DNA of 64,000 nt from the human T2T-CHM13v2.0 reference genome, Homo sapiens (GCF_009914755.1 NC_060927.1); one strand, 5' to 3'; counted from the stretch's first letter, positions 32,801 to 48,595 are shown. A program made the numbers and translations. Notes: generated by a model not told the origin, from the sequence alone.

Positions 32801-33403
32801 GCTCAACAACGCTGACAGGCAACCTTTTAATGTCTTATCTCCTTCCTCTATTAATTGGATTGTCTGTCAAAACAACGATGTTTTGACAGGGCTTGAGTCC
32901 CAGTGGGGAATACACATTTAAGCAGTATATTAGGAGACCCTCCTTATCACTAGATTGAGGGCTTTCAGCCTAGCCTCAAATTATTTTCTGAAAAATAACT
33001 TTGGCTACAACTATTTTGTCTTACTATGTTGCTCCAAACACTAATCAAGTAAACTTAACCAAAGCTTGCAGTGTGTTTCAGAATGGAATTTTTATGGTGA
33101 AAAGTGAGGGTTAACTTGTGCCAGTCAACCTAGTTTCAGCAACTACCTGCTTTCTGATCTTTGAGACAGTTTATTCAAAAGACGATAATTAAGTGGGTAT
33201 AGACTGTGTGCCAGGCACTCTTCTTATTCCATTTAAGCGCCATAGCCACTCTATATGGACACTGTTGTTATTATCGCTGCCCCATTTCGCAGATGGAGAA
33301 ACTAAGCACAAAGAAGGGAGTTGCCCAGAGTCACTTAGATAATAAATACCGAAACCTGACCATAAATCTTGTCTGCCTTGAGAGTCTAGGATTTTAAGCA
33401 CAT

Positions 33404-33719
<316 letters not shown>

Positions 33720-33888
33720 TTACCCTGGAAATTCCAAGGGATTTCGGAACTCTGTTTCAGGAACCAGGGTCAAAGACCAAGTATTAAAACAAAAGATTCT
33801 CCTAGAACTCTGACATATAAGGATTTTAGGAGCTCTGTCTTAGAAACTGGGACAGAGACCAAAGATATATTATTATATCGCAGTATCA

Positions 33889-34225
<337 letters not shown>

Positions 34226-34229
34226 GTTT

Positions 34230-35220
<991 letters not shown>

Positions 35221-35221
35221 G

Positions 35222-35875
<654 letters not shown>

Positions 35876-38016
35876 TGTATTAGTCCATTTTCACGCTGCT
35901 CATAAAGACATACCTGAGACTGGGAAGAAAAAGAGGTTTAATTGGACAATTCCACATGGCTGGGGAGGCCTCAGAATCATGGTGGGAGGCGAAAGGGACT
36001 TTTTACATGGTGGCGGCAAGAGAAAATGAGGAAGAAGCAAAAGCAGAAACCCCTGATAGATAAGCCCACCAGATATCATGAGATTTATTCACTGTCATGA
36101 GAACAGCACGGGAAAGACCAGCCCCCATGAATACATTACCTCTTCCTTGGTCCCCCCCTCCCCACAATATGTGGGGATTCTGGGAGATACAATTAAAATT
36201 GAGATTTGAGTGGGGACACAGCCAAACCATATCATTCTGTCCCTGGTCCTTCCAAATCTCATGTCCTCACATTTCAAAACCAATCATGCCTTTCCAATAG
36301 TCCCTCAAAGTCTTAACTCATTTCAGCATTAACCTAAAAGTCCACAGTCCAAAGTCTCATCTGAGACAAGGCCTTCCGCCTATGAGCCTGTACAATCAAA
36401 AGCAAGCTAGTTAGTTCCTAGATACAATGGGGGTACAGGTATTGGGTAAATAAAGCCATTCCAAATGGGAGAAATTGGCCAAAACAAAGGGGTTACAGGG
36501 CCCATGCAAGTCTGAAATCCAGTGAGGGAGTCAAATTTTAAAGCTCCAAAATGATCTCCTTTGACTCCAGGTCTTACATCCAGGTCACGCTAATGCAAAA
36601 GGTAGGTTTCCATGGTCTTGGGCAGCTCCACCCCTGTGGCTTTGCAGGGTACAGCCTCCCTCCAGGCTGCTTTCATGGGCTGGTGTTGAGTGTCTGCAGC
36701 TTTTCCAGGCACCCAGTGCAAGCTGTCAGTGGATCTACCATTCTGGGGTTTGGAGGACAAAGGCCCTCTTCTCACAGCTGCACTAGGCAGTGCCCCGATA
36801 GGGACTCTGTGTGGGGGCTCTGATCCCACATTTCCCTTCTGCACTGCCCTAAGAGGTTCTCCTTGAGGGCCCCACAGCTTCCACCCTCTGAACCATAGCC
36901 CAAGCTATGCATTGGCCCCTTTCAGCCATGGCTGGAGCAGCTGGGACAGAGGGCACCAAGTCACTAGGCTGCACACAACATGGGGACCCTGGGCCTGCCC
37001 CACAAAACCCCTTTTTCCTCCTGGGCCTCCAAGCCTGTGATGGGAGAGGCTGCTGTGAAGGTCTCTGACATGGCCTTGGAGACATTTCCCCATGGTCTTG
37101 GGGATTCACATTAGGCTTCTTGCTACTTATGCAAATTTCTGCAACCAGCTTGAATTTCTCCCCAGAAAATGGGTTTTTCTTTTCTGTCACATAGTCCGGC
37201 TGCAAATTTTCCAAACTTTTATGCTCTGCTTCCCTTATAAAACTGAACGCCTTTAATAGCACCCAAATCACCTCTTGAATGTTTTGCTGCTTAGAAATTT
37301 TTTCCACCAGATACCCTAAATAATCTCTCAAGTTCAAAGTTCCACAAGTCTCTAGGGCAGGGGCAAAATGTGGCCAGTCTCTTTGCTAAAACATAACAAG
37401 AGGCACCTTTGCTCCAGTTCCCAAAAAGTTCCTCATCTCCATCTGAGACCACCTCAGCCTGGATCTTATTGTCCATATCACTATCAGCATTTTGGGCAAA
37501 ACCATTCAACAAGTCTCTAGGAAGTTCCAAACTTTCCCACATTTTCCTGTCTTCTTCTGAGCCCTTCAAACTGTTCCAATCTCTGCCTGTTACCCAGTTC
37601 CAAAGTTGTTCCACATTTTCAGGTATCTTCAGCAACGTTTCACTCTACTGGTAGCAATTTACTGTATTAGTCCATTTTCACACTGCTGATAAAGACATAT
37701 CTGAGACTGGGAAGAAAAATAGGTTTAATTGGACTTACAGTTCCACATGGCTGGGGAGGCCTCAGAATCATGGTGAGAGGTGAAAGGCACTTCTTACGTG
37801 GTAGTGACAAGAGAAAATGAGGAAGAAGCAAAAGCGGAAACCCCTGATAAATCCATCAGATCTCATGAGACTTATTCACTATCACGAGAATAGCATGGGA
37901 AAGACCGGCCCCCATGATTCAATTACCTCCCCCTGGGTCCCTCCCACAACACATGGGAATTCTGGGAGATACAATTCAAGTTGAGATTTGGGTGGGGACA
38001 CAGCCAAACCATATCA
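35876..38016 (-). mobile_element. Full-length THE1-type MaLR: LTR 35876-36234, internal 36235-37662, LTR 37663-38016
   Basis: Two homologous LTRs of about 355 bp (tgtattagtcc...ccaaaccatatca); 5-bp TSD AGACT at 35871-35875 and 38017-38021. Confidence 0.93.
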
Positions 38017-38169
38017 AGACTTCTACATATGAATTTTGGAGGGACACAATTTAACTCATAATAGTGGGCTGTCTTGTTAAATGTTCTGTGTGCACTTGAG
38101 AAGAATGTGTGTATTCTCTCATTGTTGGATTCAGTGACCTATAAATGTTAATTAGGTTAAACTAATTGA

Positions 38170-39196
38170 TGTAGGGAAAAGAAAGAGAGATCAGACTGTC
38201 ACTGTGTCTATGTAGAAAGGGAAGACATAAGAGACTCCATTTTGAAAAAGACCTGTACTTCAAACAATTGCTTTGCTGAGATGTTAATTTGTAGCTTTGC
38301 CCCAGCCACTTTGCCCCAGCCCCTTTGACCCAACTTGGAGCTCACAAAAACATGTGTTGTATAAAATCAAGGTTTAAGGGATCTAGGGCTGTGCAGGACG
38401 TGCCTTGTTAACAAAATGTTTACAAGCAGTATACTTGGTCAAAGTCATCGCCATTCTCTAGTCTCAATAAACCAGGGGCACAATGCACTGCGGAAAGCTG
38501 CAGGGAGCCCTGCCCTTGGAAGCGGGGTATTGTCCAAGGTTTCTCCCCATGTGACAGTCTGAAATATGGCCTCGTAGGATGAGAAAGACCTGACTGTCCC
38601 CCAGCCCAACACCCATAAAGGGTCTGTGCTGAGGTGGATTGGTAAAAGAGGAAAGCCTCTTACAGTTGAGATAGAGGAAGGCCACTGTCTCCTGCCTGCC
38701 CCTGGGAACTGAATGTCTTGGTGTAAAACCCGATTGTACATTTGTTCAACTCTGAAATAGGAGAAAAGCTGCCCTGTGGTGGGAGGTGAGACATGTTTGC
38801 AGTAATGCTGCCTTGTTATTCTTTACTCCACTGAGATGTTTGGGTGGAGAGAAACATAAATCTGGCCTATGTGCACATCCAGGCATAGTACCTTCCCTTG
38901 AACTTAATTATGATACAGATTCTTTTGCTCACATGTTTTTTGTTGACCTTCTCCTTATTATCACCCTGCTGTCCTACTACATTCCTTTTTGCTGAAATAA
39001 TGAAAACAATAATCAATAAAAACTGAGGGAACTCAGAGGCTGGTGCCGGTACAGGTCCTTGGTGTGCTGAGTGCCGGTCCCCTGGACTCACTGTTGTTTC
39101 TTTATACTTTGTCTCTGTGTCTTATTTCTTTTCTCCGGCTCTCATCCCACCCGACTAGAAATACCCACAGGTGTGGAGGGGCAGGCCACCCCTTCA
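38170..39196 (+). mobile_element. HERV-K (HML-2) solo LTR, LTR5A/LTR5B type
   Basis: tgtagggaaaagaaagagagatcagactg...ggccaccccttca, about 1.03 kb, TSD ATTGA. Confidence 0.92.
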
Positions 39197-39216
39197 ATTG
39201 ATAGTATGGTTCAAGA

Positions 39217-39640
39217 ACAAATGGTATCAACTTAGGATGGTTTAACTTATGATTTTTCAACTTTACAATGGTGTGAAGTCTGTATGCATTCAGTAGAAGG
39301 CATACTTTGAATTTTTATCTTTTCCCAAGCTACTGCTATGGGACAAGATACTCTCTCACAATTCTGGGCAGTGGCAGCAAGCCTCAGCTTCCAGTCAGCA
39401 CTCAATCCCAAGGGTAAACAACTGATACAGCCATTCTGTTTTTCATTTTTAGCAAAATACTCAATAAATTACATGAGGCACTCAATGCTTTATTATAAGA
39501 CAAGCTTTGTATTAGATGATTTGCCCAACTGTATGTAGGCTAATGTAGGTGTTCTGAGCACATTTAAGGTAGGCTATACTATGCCATGATGTTTGGTAGG
39601 TTAGGTAAATTTAATGCATTTTCGACTTAGAATACTTTCA
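39217..39640 (-). mobile_element. MER47-like Tigger DNA transposon
   Basis: ttctgagcacatttaaggtaggcta...atgatgtttggtaggttagg...gcattttcgactta. Confidence 0.7.
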
Positions 39641-39689
39641 GCCTCCCAAATAGCTGGGACCACAGGTGTGTGGCACCATGTGTGGCTAA

Positions 39690-39827
<138 letters not shown>

Positions 39828-39889
39828 TAATTCTTTATAAATTAGAAACTTCATAACACATTGTTCTTATTTAAAATTTAAACAATTAT

Positions 39890-40965
39890 CTTTAAATATA
39901 CATAATATATAAATATGTATATAATATATAAATATATACAATATATAAATATATAAGATATATAATATATAAATATATAATATATAATATATAAATATAT
40001 AATATATAAATATATAATATGTAAATATATAATATATAAATATATAATATGTAAATATATAATATATAAATATATATGTAAATATGTAATATGTAAATAT
40101 GTAATATGTAAATATATAATATATAAATATGTAATATGTAAATATATATGTAAATATATAATATATAAATATATATGTAAATATATAATATATAAATATA
40201 TGTAAATATATAATATATAAATATATAATATATAAATATATAATATGTAAATATATAATATATAAATATATATAATATATAAATATATAATATATATAAA
40301 TATATATAATATATAAATATATAATATATAAATATATAATATATAAATATATATAATATATAATATATAAATATATAATATATAAATATATATAATATAT
40401 AATATATAAATATATATAATATATAATATATAATATATAAATATATATAATATATAAATATATATAATATATAATATATAATATATATAATATATAATAT
40501 ATAATATATATATAATATATAAATATATATATAATATATAATAAATATATAATATATAAATACATATAATATATAAATATATAATATATAAATATATATA
40601 ATATATAATATATAATATATATATAATATATAAATACATATAATATATAAATATATAATATATAAATACATATAATATATAAATATATAATATATAAATA
40701 CATATAATATATAAATATATAATATATAAATACATATAATATATAAATATATAATATATAAATACATATAATATATAAATATATAATATACATAAATATA
40801 TATAATATATAAATATATATAATATACATAAATATATATAATATATAAATATATATAATATACATAAATATATATAATATATAAATATATATCATATACA
40901 TAAATTTATAATATATAAATATATATAATATATATAAATATATATAATATATATAAATATATATG
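39890..40965. repeat. About 1.07-kb AT-rich minisatellite, unit roughly ATATAAATATATA(AT)
   Basis: Almost purely A/T, with ATGTAA and ATACAT variant blocks. Confidence 0.97.
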
Positions 40966-41640
40966 GGGAAAAAAGCTTTTATACTTACTCATGTGATTAC
41001 CGTTTCTTGCAGTCTTTATTCCTTTGTTTAGATCCTTGGGATTTTTGTTGCTATGGTGACCTTAGTTATACCAGGCACTTCAAATCTTACCTTGTGTTTA
41101 GGATATGGGCTTGTTTGCCCAAAGGTCTTCCCTAATGTCTGCTCCACCTTCAACTTTAGGTCTTCTCTGCTGTCAGTTTCTCTCTCCATACACTTGTAGC
41201 TCTCCCAGGAGTATTCCATCGTTACTTGTTAGTCAGTGCTTATTAGCGGGGTGGTGGGATCTGAGAGGTGAGGTGCTTGGTTGTGATTCTCAGTTCTGAT
41301 TCCTGCAGGTACTGTGTCCCTGGGTCTTGAAGGGTATGACCAAGCGTCTCTGTCCCTCCCCGCAGCAGTAGTTTTGGGCTCAGCACATATTCCTGCCCCT
41401 TCCCCAGAATCAGAGGGTTTTTTGTTGTTGTTGTTTTGTTTTTCAAGTTTTTGTTCCTTTTTCTCCATCTGTGTTGGATTTACCAGCCCCCTAGGAGCGT
41501 CAGTATTTGTTACCCTTCCTCCAGGCTTTTAAGGCCTTTGTAGGAGAGATGGGCCAATAGCATCTGAGCATGGTTTTGTGTCTTTCTTGTAGCAACTGAT
41601 ATTCCTCACCCCCAGGTCTATGCCAGGAAGGATGCTTCCT

Positions 41641-41786
<146 letters not shown>

Positions 41787-42896
41787 GCTCTTACACTCTT
41801 CTGCATATTCTGCAAAGTATACTCTGGGAAGGCTGGTTTAGAGGATCTCTAACTTTTCTAATATTTCATAATGCATGGCTGATGTTTAACATGAACTCAG
41901 ACTCCCATCAGATTTTACAGATCTGGGTCTGCTTTTAGTTCTAATGCTTCAGCCAGGGCACTTTAATCTGAGGTCACAGCATTCCCAATTGTCAGCAGTA
42001 TTTTGAAATCTAAGTTCCTCTGGTGGACAACAGGCAACATCATATAGCCATGGAGGATCTGAACAACTTCTAAGTCTGAGCGATTTTATCTGGTGGTTTT
42101 GGATTCTTTTCCATTTATACTTAAACAAGGTGACACAAATGTCACTCACAGAAAAGCCACTCTTTTTTCCCCTGTTTTTAAGAAGTCTAAAAATGCACAA
42201 CTATTTCCTGAATGAGCAGTGTGTCCAGGTGTAGAATAGGGAATGTCGTGTCTGCTGGGAACAGACGGTGTACCTGGCACAATTTTATGAGAATTATCCC
42301 ATGATTCCTGTCCCACCCTGCAGCCCACCATGGGCTCAGTGGGGAGTCTGAGTCTCTGAGCCCCAAAGGGTAGCTTTTTCCCAGACGACACCAGCAAGCA
42401 GAGCAGCAGCTTGGGGCTTTGACAAGGAGGCTGGAGTGAAAGGTCATATTGGACCATCCTGGGTCACTGGAGGACAATACCCCAGGAACCTCCAGCAATG
42501 ACTGGTATTGGAATGACTCCCCTGGTCACCCACCTGTGGCAAGACATTTGCAAACAGGGTCTTCCTATGAGGCTTGTGAGGTTTGGCCAATTTGCATTCT
42601 GCTAGAATTATTAAGTATGGACATCCTCATAGATCCAGAAAAGGGCCGAGATCCAAAGGATTGAGAATGCTTTGGGGGGTGTTTCCATAGTGAGTGGCTG
42701 GCTATTCAACAGTCAAATGTTTGAGAGGATACAAGTGATGTGTTTCCTGAGGCAAGTGGTCAGAACCCAACAGACTCTTCTGTTCAGCTAAGATGTGAGA
42801 CCATGTGAAGTTCTTACATGTTCTCACAGAGAAATGGATTCTCATAGGGAAATGGATATATTGTGATAGACACTGTAAGCAGAGAAGTTGACTGAG

Positions 42897-42897
<1 letters not shown>

Positions 42898-42930
<33 letters not shown>
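42898..42930. repeat. (CA)n microsatellite
   Basis: Seen directly. Confidence 0.95.
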
Positions 42931-42934
<4 letters not shown>

Positions 42935-43018
42935 AGACTGAATGCATAGATGTGTATTATAAAAAGCGTAAAAATACACCACCATTCTAACAGATTGTGT
43001 AGGACTATATTTTCTTTT

Positions 43019-43816
43019 TTTAAATTTAATTTTATTATTATTATACTTTAAGTTTTAGGGTACATGTGCACAATGTGCAGGTTAGTTACATATGTATACA
43101 TGTGCCATGCTGGTGTGCTGCACCCATTAACTCGTCATTTAGCATTAGGTATATCTCCTAATTCTATCCCTCCCCCCTTCCCTCACCCCACAACAGTCCC
43201 CAGAATGGGATGTTCCCCTTCCTGTGTCCATGTGTTCTCATTGTTCAATTCCCATCTATGAGTGAGAATATGCGGTGTTTGGTTTTTTGTCCTTGCAATA
43301 GTTTACTGAGAATGATGATTTCCAATTTCATCCATGTCCCTACAAAGGACATGAACTCACCATTTTTTATGGCTGCATAGTATTCCATGGTGTATATGTG
43401 CCACATTTTCTTAATCCAGTCTATCATTGTTGGACATTTGGGTTGGTTCCAAGTCTTTGCTATTGTGAATAGTGCCACAATAAACATATGTGTGCATGTG
43501 TCTTTATAGCAGCATGATTTATAGTCCTTTGGGTATATACCCAGTAATGGGATGGCTGGGTCAAATGGTATTTCTAGTTCTAGATCCCTGAGGAATCGCC
43601 ACACTGACTTCCACAATGGTTGAACTAGTTTACAGTCCCACCAACAGTGTAAAAGTGTTCCTATTTCTCCACATCCTCTCCAGCACCTGTTGTTTCCTGA
43701 CTTTTTAATGATTGCCATTCTAACTGGTGTGAGATGGTATCTCACTGTGGTTTTGATTTGCATTTCTCTGATGGCCAGTGATGATGAGCATTTTTTCATG
43801 TGTTTTTTGGCTGCAT
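43019..43816 (-). mobile_element. L1PA 3' end (about 0.8 kb, 5'-truncated), part of a U3-L1 chimera
   Basis: ORF2 C-terminus (ORF 43245..43799), L1PA 3'UTR and A-tail; TSD at 43001-43018 and 43888-43905. Confidence 0.95.
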
Positions 43817-43887
43817 CAGTGCTCTACACGTTCAGAGAAACTTCTCTAGTGACGAACTATAGAAATGATCCCTGAAAGTATAGTCTT
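43817..43887 (-). pseudogene. U3 snoRNA 5' fragment retrocopy (about nt 1-71)
   Basis: Minus strand AAGACTATACTTTCAGGGATCATTTCTATAGTTCGTCACTAGAGAAGTTTCTCTGAACGTGTAGAGCACTG is the U3 5' end. Confidence 0.93.
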
Positions 43888-44870
43888 AGGACTATATTTT
43901 CTTTTGACTTGGGAGGCATGTTTATTGCTGTTAATGCTGCAAAGGGCTCTACGTGCTTTAAAAAATCCCAATCTGTTGCATTCATAAGCCTGGGTTGGAT
44001 CTAAAGCAGCCTCCCACTTTTGGAAAGGCATCCCCACGACCTTTCCATGGTTGCTGAATGCAGCTGGAGGCAGTCACAGCTGGTGATGTCCGGAGCCCAT
44101 TCCCCACTGTGCTGGTCTGCAGAACTTCTGCATGCCATTCCCACAAGCAGGTCTCTGCCCTGCTCTCCTCCACCTCCCTTGTCAGAGGAAGTCTGCACTT
44201 CACAGCTTTCTGGTCTCAACCCTCCTCCATCCCTACAGATGTGTAAGCAGCAGGAATCAAAAGGTGAAGGAGAGGGGGCAACTCACCTCCGATGGACACG
44301 TGAAAAGTGGGAGATGGATAAAATCAAGAAGGAGCTTAAGATATCCAGAAATGTAAACTGTGTTTGGAAAAGTAAGGTCAGGAGAAGCATGGGACTCCTG
44401 AGGTTGCTCCCTACTATCTTGCAGACTTGCTGCAGGACCAAATGAAGCAGGATCTGTCAAGCACCAGGGCCAGCTCTTAAGCTTAGTGCCTTTCTGAACC
44501 CTGTGACCCAGCAGCCTCCATCAACTCGTCCTACCTGCCATGCACAGCTCCTCTGTGCCCCTGTACCTGAGCTCATGCTATTCCCTCTGCCAGGATGCCC
44601 TTCTCCTTCTCCACCAGGAGAAGAACACTTGCCAGTAAGACCCAGTTCTAATGTCACCCCTTCCTGACGGTATCAGGAAGAGTCACTGATGGTGTTTTAT
44701 GCTCCCAGAGAATTTGCCACATTGTGTTGTGATTATTTTTCCACATCTGTCTCCCCCACTGGAATGAGAGCCTCACTCATCTTCATACCTCCCTGGTCTC
44801 TACCTGGTGCCAGAACCATCCTCAGGGCAGGGGAATGCTCAGGAAATAGATATTGAATAAAATAAGTGTA

Positions 44871-44933
44871 TCCATCCATCCATCCATCCATCCATCCATC
44901 CATCCATCCATCCATCCATCCTTCCATCCATCC
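44871..44933. repeat. (CATC)n microsatellite
   Basis: Seen directly. Confidence 0.95.
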
Positions 44934-46077
44934 AGACATATATACATATGTAAACATTCTGATGGTCAAATGGAACAATGTGGGCTGAAGAATAATGCAG
45001 GTAGAAGAACCTAAGATTACAGATTCTTGATTTGGGAGGAACTTTATTTTATTGTGCAAACAGTCTACAAATTTGAAACATACTCTATCAAGAAAGACAC
45101 TGTTGTTAGGAAAGGGCGTGGGAGAGGGTGGCCCCACAAAACAGTGTAAAGTTCTAAAGAATTTGAGAGGAACACTCTGCGGGACCCTGTTCCAAGGGCA
45201 TCTTTCTAAGAGTCTGTCCCTTAGGCTCTGCCCCTTTTTGGCCACGTTGTCAAAGGCCTTCTTTATGAACGAAGTGAGACACATTATTTTTGTTTTCTTG
45301 AATTCTAAAGTGATTGTCTTGAGTTCCCTGGGGGAGACTCCTGGGAGGTGTGGCCCACTCTATTCCAGAAACAAACCAGGAGACTGAAGACTCATCCCAA
45401 TCCCATATCCCATGAAAATGTGAAATCAAATCACCCCTGACAATTCCAAAACTAATGGAATCCTAACATAACTCTATGTAACTCTAAAGCTGAGTGTGCT
45501 GGTAATTAAGCTTCCAGCCCACCCTTCCCAGCTCTGGGGTGCAGGGTCACCATGGGCTCCTTCCTGTGTGCACCCCACCCCACCCCCACTGTCAGCATCC
45601 TGTCTCCACCCTGAGAGTGACAGCTGGTTCCAGTAGCGGGAGTTGGTTCCAGCTTGCCATTTTCCTAGCACTCCTATAACCAGCCTGCTGATGCCCATTC
45701 AGAGACAGCAGCACGGGCTGGCCATGTCCCCTCTCCAGAATTCTGCGTCCAGCTCCTGGACCTTGAGCTCTGAGCCCTTGGGCCACGTGTACCATTAATA
45801 GTGCCTCCTCCTCAGAGGACTAACCCCCAGCCCTAGGGCCACCTTCATATTTCCGAGTTTTGATATTTTCAACCTCTTTTCTTTGTTGTATGAGTCCTTG
45901 GGCTGGGAGCTTGCAGTCAAAATCTTCATGATATCTCATTATCACTACTTTTTTTTAAATCTCTACTAGCTGGATAACAATTATTTATATTAAATTCTCT
46001 CTTGAAATAACTGATACAGTGTCTCTTGATTGAAACTTGACTAGTAGACTAAGAATTCTAACTCTAAATAATTCTGA

Positions 46078-46610
<533 letters not shown>

Positions 46611-46619
46611 ATCTGACAA

Positions 46620-47665
46620 TTAAATAAAGAACAGAAAAAAAATTTGAATGGCAAATACAAAGCTGAAAAGAAATAACAGAATAAATAACTCTGAAAATAG
46701 CTCAAAAACTAAATACCTCAAAAACTCTTTAAAAATTCAGAAAATATAATGTTCAAATATGAAGTAATGCTGAAAATGAAATAACTAAAAACCAAGTAAC
46801 TTGAAAAAAAGAACATAAAAATAAACAACTCAAATATAAAATAACTGAAAATAAATACCTGTGAACATAAGCAACTCGAAAACCAGATAACTAGGGGAAA
46901 CCCTTCATTAAAACATTTCACTCTGAAAATAAATAACTTGACAGTAGTTCATGAACTTCCAGTGAGTGTTTAATAGTCAAATAAGTTACTGTAAAAATAA
47001 ATAACTCAAAAACTCCAATAAGATAAAGTGAAATAACTATGAAGGTAAATAACTCAGATAATAATTGTAAAGATAATTAAAAATAAATTCCGGCTGGGCG
47101 CGGTGGCTCACGCCTGTAATCCCAGCACTTTGGGAGGCCGAGGCAGGGGGATCACGAGGTCAGGAGATCGAGACCATCCTGGCTAACACGGGGAAACCCC
47201 GTCTCTACTAAAAATCCAAATAAAAAATTAGCCGGGCGTGGTGGCGGGCGCCTGTAGTCCCAGCTACTCAGGAGGCTGAGGCAGGAGAATGGCGTGAACC
47301 CGGGAGGCGGTTTGCAGTGAGCCGAGATCACACCACTGCACTCCAGCCTGGGCGACAGAGCGAGACTCCGTCTCGAAAAATAAATAAATAAATAAATAAA
47401 TTCCAAGCAAATTAATTTGAACATCTGTAACTCCTAAAACAAAACAACTACATATAAATAACTGAAAATGAACAACTAAATAATTTTGAAAATAAAGTAA
47501 CTATAAACCAGTAACTGAAACTATAAAATTAAATAACCAGAAAGCTACAAAGAAATGAAAATCAACTAATAAAACTAAAAATAAAATACAACTGAAACTA
47601 ACAAAACTCATTTAAAAACTAATAAATCGATACATAAAATACCTCAGAAAGTAACTTGGAACGAA
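46620..47665. repeat. Degenerate A-rich tandem repeat with an (A)AATAACT core, interrupted by AluY at 47092-47400
   Basis: Recurring aaataactgaaa / aaataactcaaa / aagtaact units about every 17-25 bp. Confidence 0.75.
46969..46974 (-). terminator. MCF2L2: Candidate MCF2L2 polyA signal ATTAAA
   Basis: Plus-strand tttaat about 1.3 kb after the stop; the downstream minus sequence is U-rich. Confidence 0.45.
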
Positions 47666-47807
47666 CTCTCTCTACAACGAAGCAATCTTGGCACTAACAC
47701 GAACACCCCATGAACGCTCGCAGGGATGCTGGGAGGCGGACCGGGAGCTCCCAGTCTGCGGCCCCCGCCGGGTTTGAGCGGCTCCGGCTCCTCCAAGGCT
47801 CGGGCTA

Positions 47808-48040
47808 AGCGGCTCTCAACCGATTCCCACCCCGCCCTGGAGAAATGCGGGCGTGTCTGCAGGCATTTTTGATTGTCACGATTTGGGGGCGGGGTGGAGG
47901 ATGGGGTGGCGCATTCCTGGCACCTAGTGGGTAGAGGCCAGGGGTGCTACTAAACATCCTACCGTGGGAGCACAGAGAAGCCCACGCAGCAAAGAATTGC
48001 CCGGCTCCGAATGTCGAAGTGCGCGGTCGAGAAGGCGTGG
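47808..48040 (+). mobile_element. MER20 (CpG-rich copy)
   Basis: tttttgattgtcac...ggcacctagtgggtagaggccagggg.tgcta.taaacatcctac...aaagaatt.cccggc. Confidence 0.75.
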
Positions 48041-48282
48041 GCTGCGGGCTCTGCTCGCCTCTGCAGGCGCCTTAGAGCAGCTCCGAGGTCCCCCGTGCGG
48101 AGCTAGGCGCGCACCCAGGACACCCCTCGGGCTCCTCGGAGGAGGCCCTGGTTGTCCCCTTTCTGCCGCCGCCGAGGCTCCGGCTGCTTTCTGCGTAGCT
48201 GGGCAGGGCCCGGGCCCCCACACCGCCTCTCCCGGGAATGCGGGCGCTCTGGAGCCGAGGAGCGGGGGCGTCCGCAGGGAGG

Positions 48283-48406
48283 TCAGCTCTCCTGGGCGGA
48301 GGTCCTCGGGCGCAGCGCCCTCGCCTGGAAACCAGCCGTCGCCCCCGCAGGAGCCAGCCGGCCCGTGGACGCCCCAGCGCGCTCCTCCTCGGTGCTGCGG
48401 GTCGCC
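48283..48406 (-). CDS. MCF2L2: MCF2L2 last coding exon (ATRSTEEERAGASTGRLAPAGATAGFQARALRPRTSAQES*)
   Basis: ttgcag|G acceptor, phase 2, TGA at 48283-48285; matches the recalled MCF2L2 C-terminus and the position next to LAMP3. Confidence 0.85.
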
Positions 48407-48479
48407 CTGCAATTCCGAGAAGAAAGTCAGAGACGCCGTGGCCCAAAGAGGCGCTTAGTCTTTCCTCGCTCACACTCAC

Positions 48480-48595
48480 GTTTCCTCCTCATCGCGTTCT
48501 TCTTTTTCTCCCTGGCTGCTTTCTCCCCTCTCCAGGAAAGCAGATTTGGAGGAACAGGTTTCGTGACTGTCGTCCGACTGGAAAAGGCCCGCGAG
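48480..48595 (-). CDS. MCF2L2: MCF2L2 penultimate exon (LAGLFQSDDSHETCSSKSAFLERGESSQGEKEERDEEET)
   Basis: ttccag|CTC acceptor and AC|gtgagt donor, 116 nt, phase 0-2. Confidence 0.87.

Noticed and set aside
36551-37654. Several 60-160 aa ORFs
   Set aside because: Fragmented THE1 internal sequence.
39867-40901. 285-344 aa Y/I/L-rich ORFs
   Set aside because: Translations of the AT minisatellite, not genes.
43245-43799. 184-aa ORF
   Set aside because: C-terminus of L1 ORF2 in a 5'-truncated, promoterless copy.
46620-47665. CRISPR-like array
   Set aside because: Eukaryotic DNA, degenerate units, no unique spacers and no cas genes.
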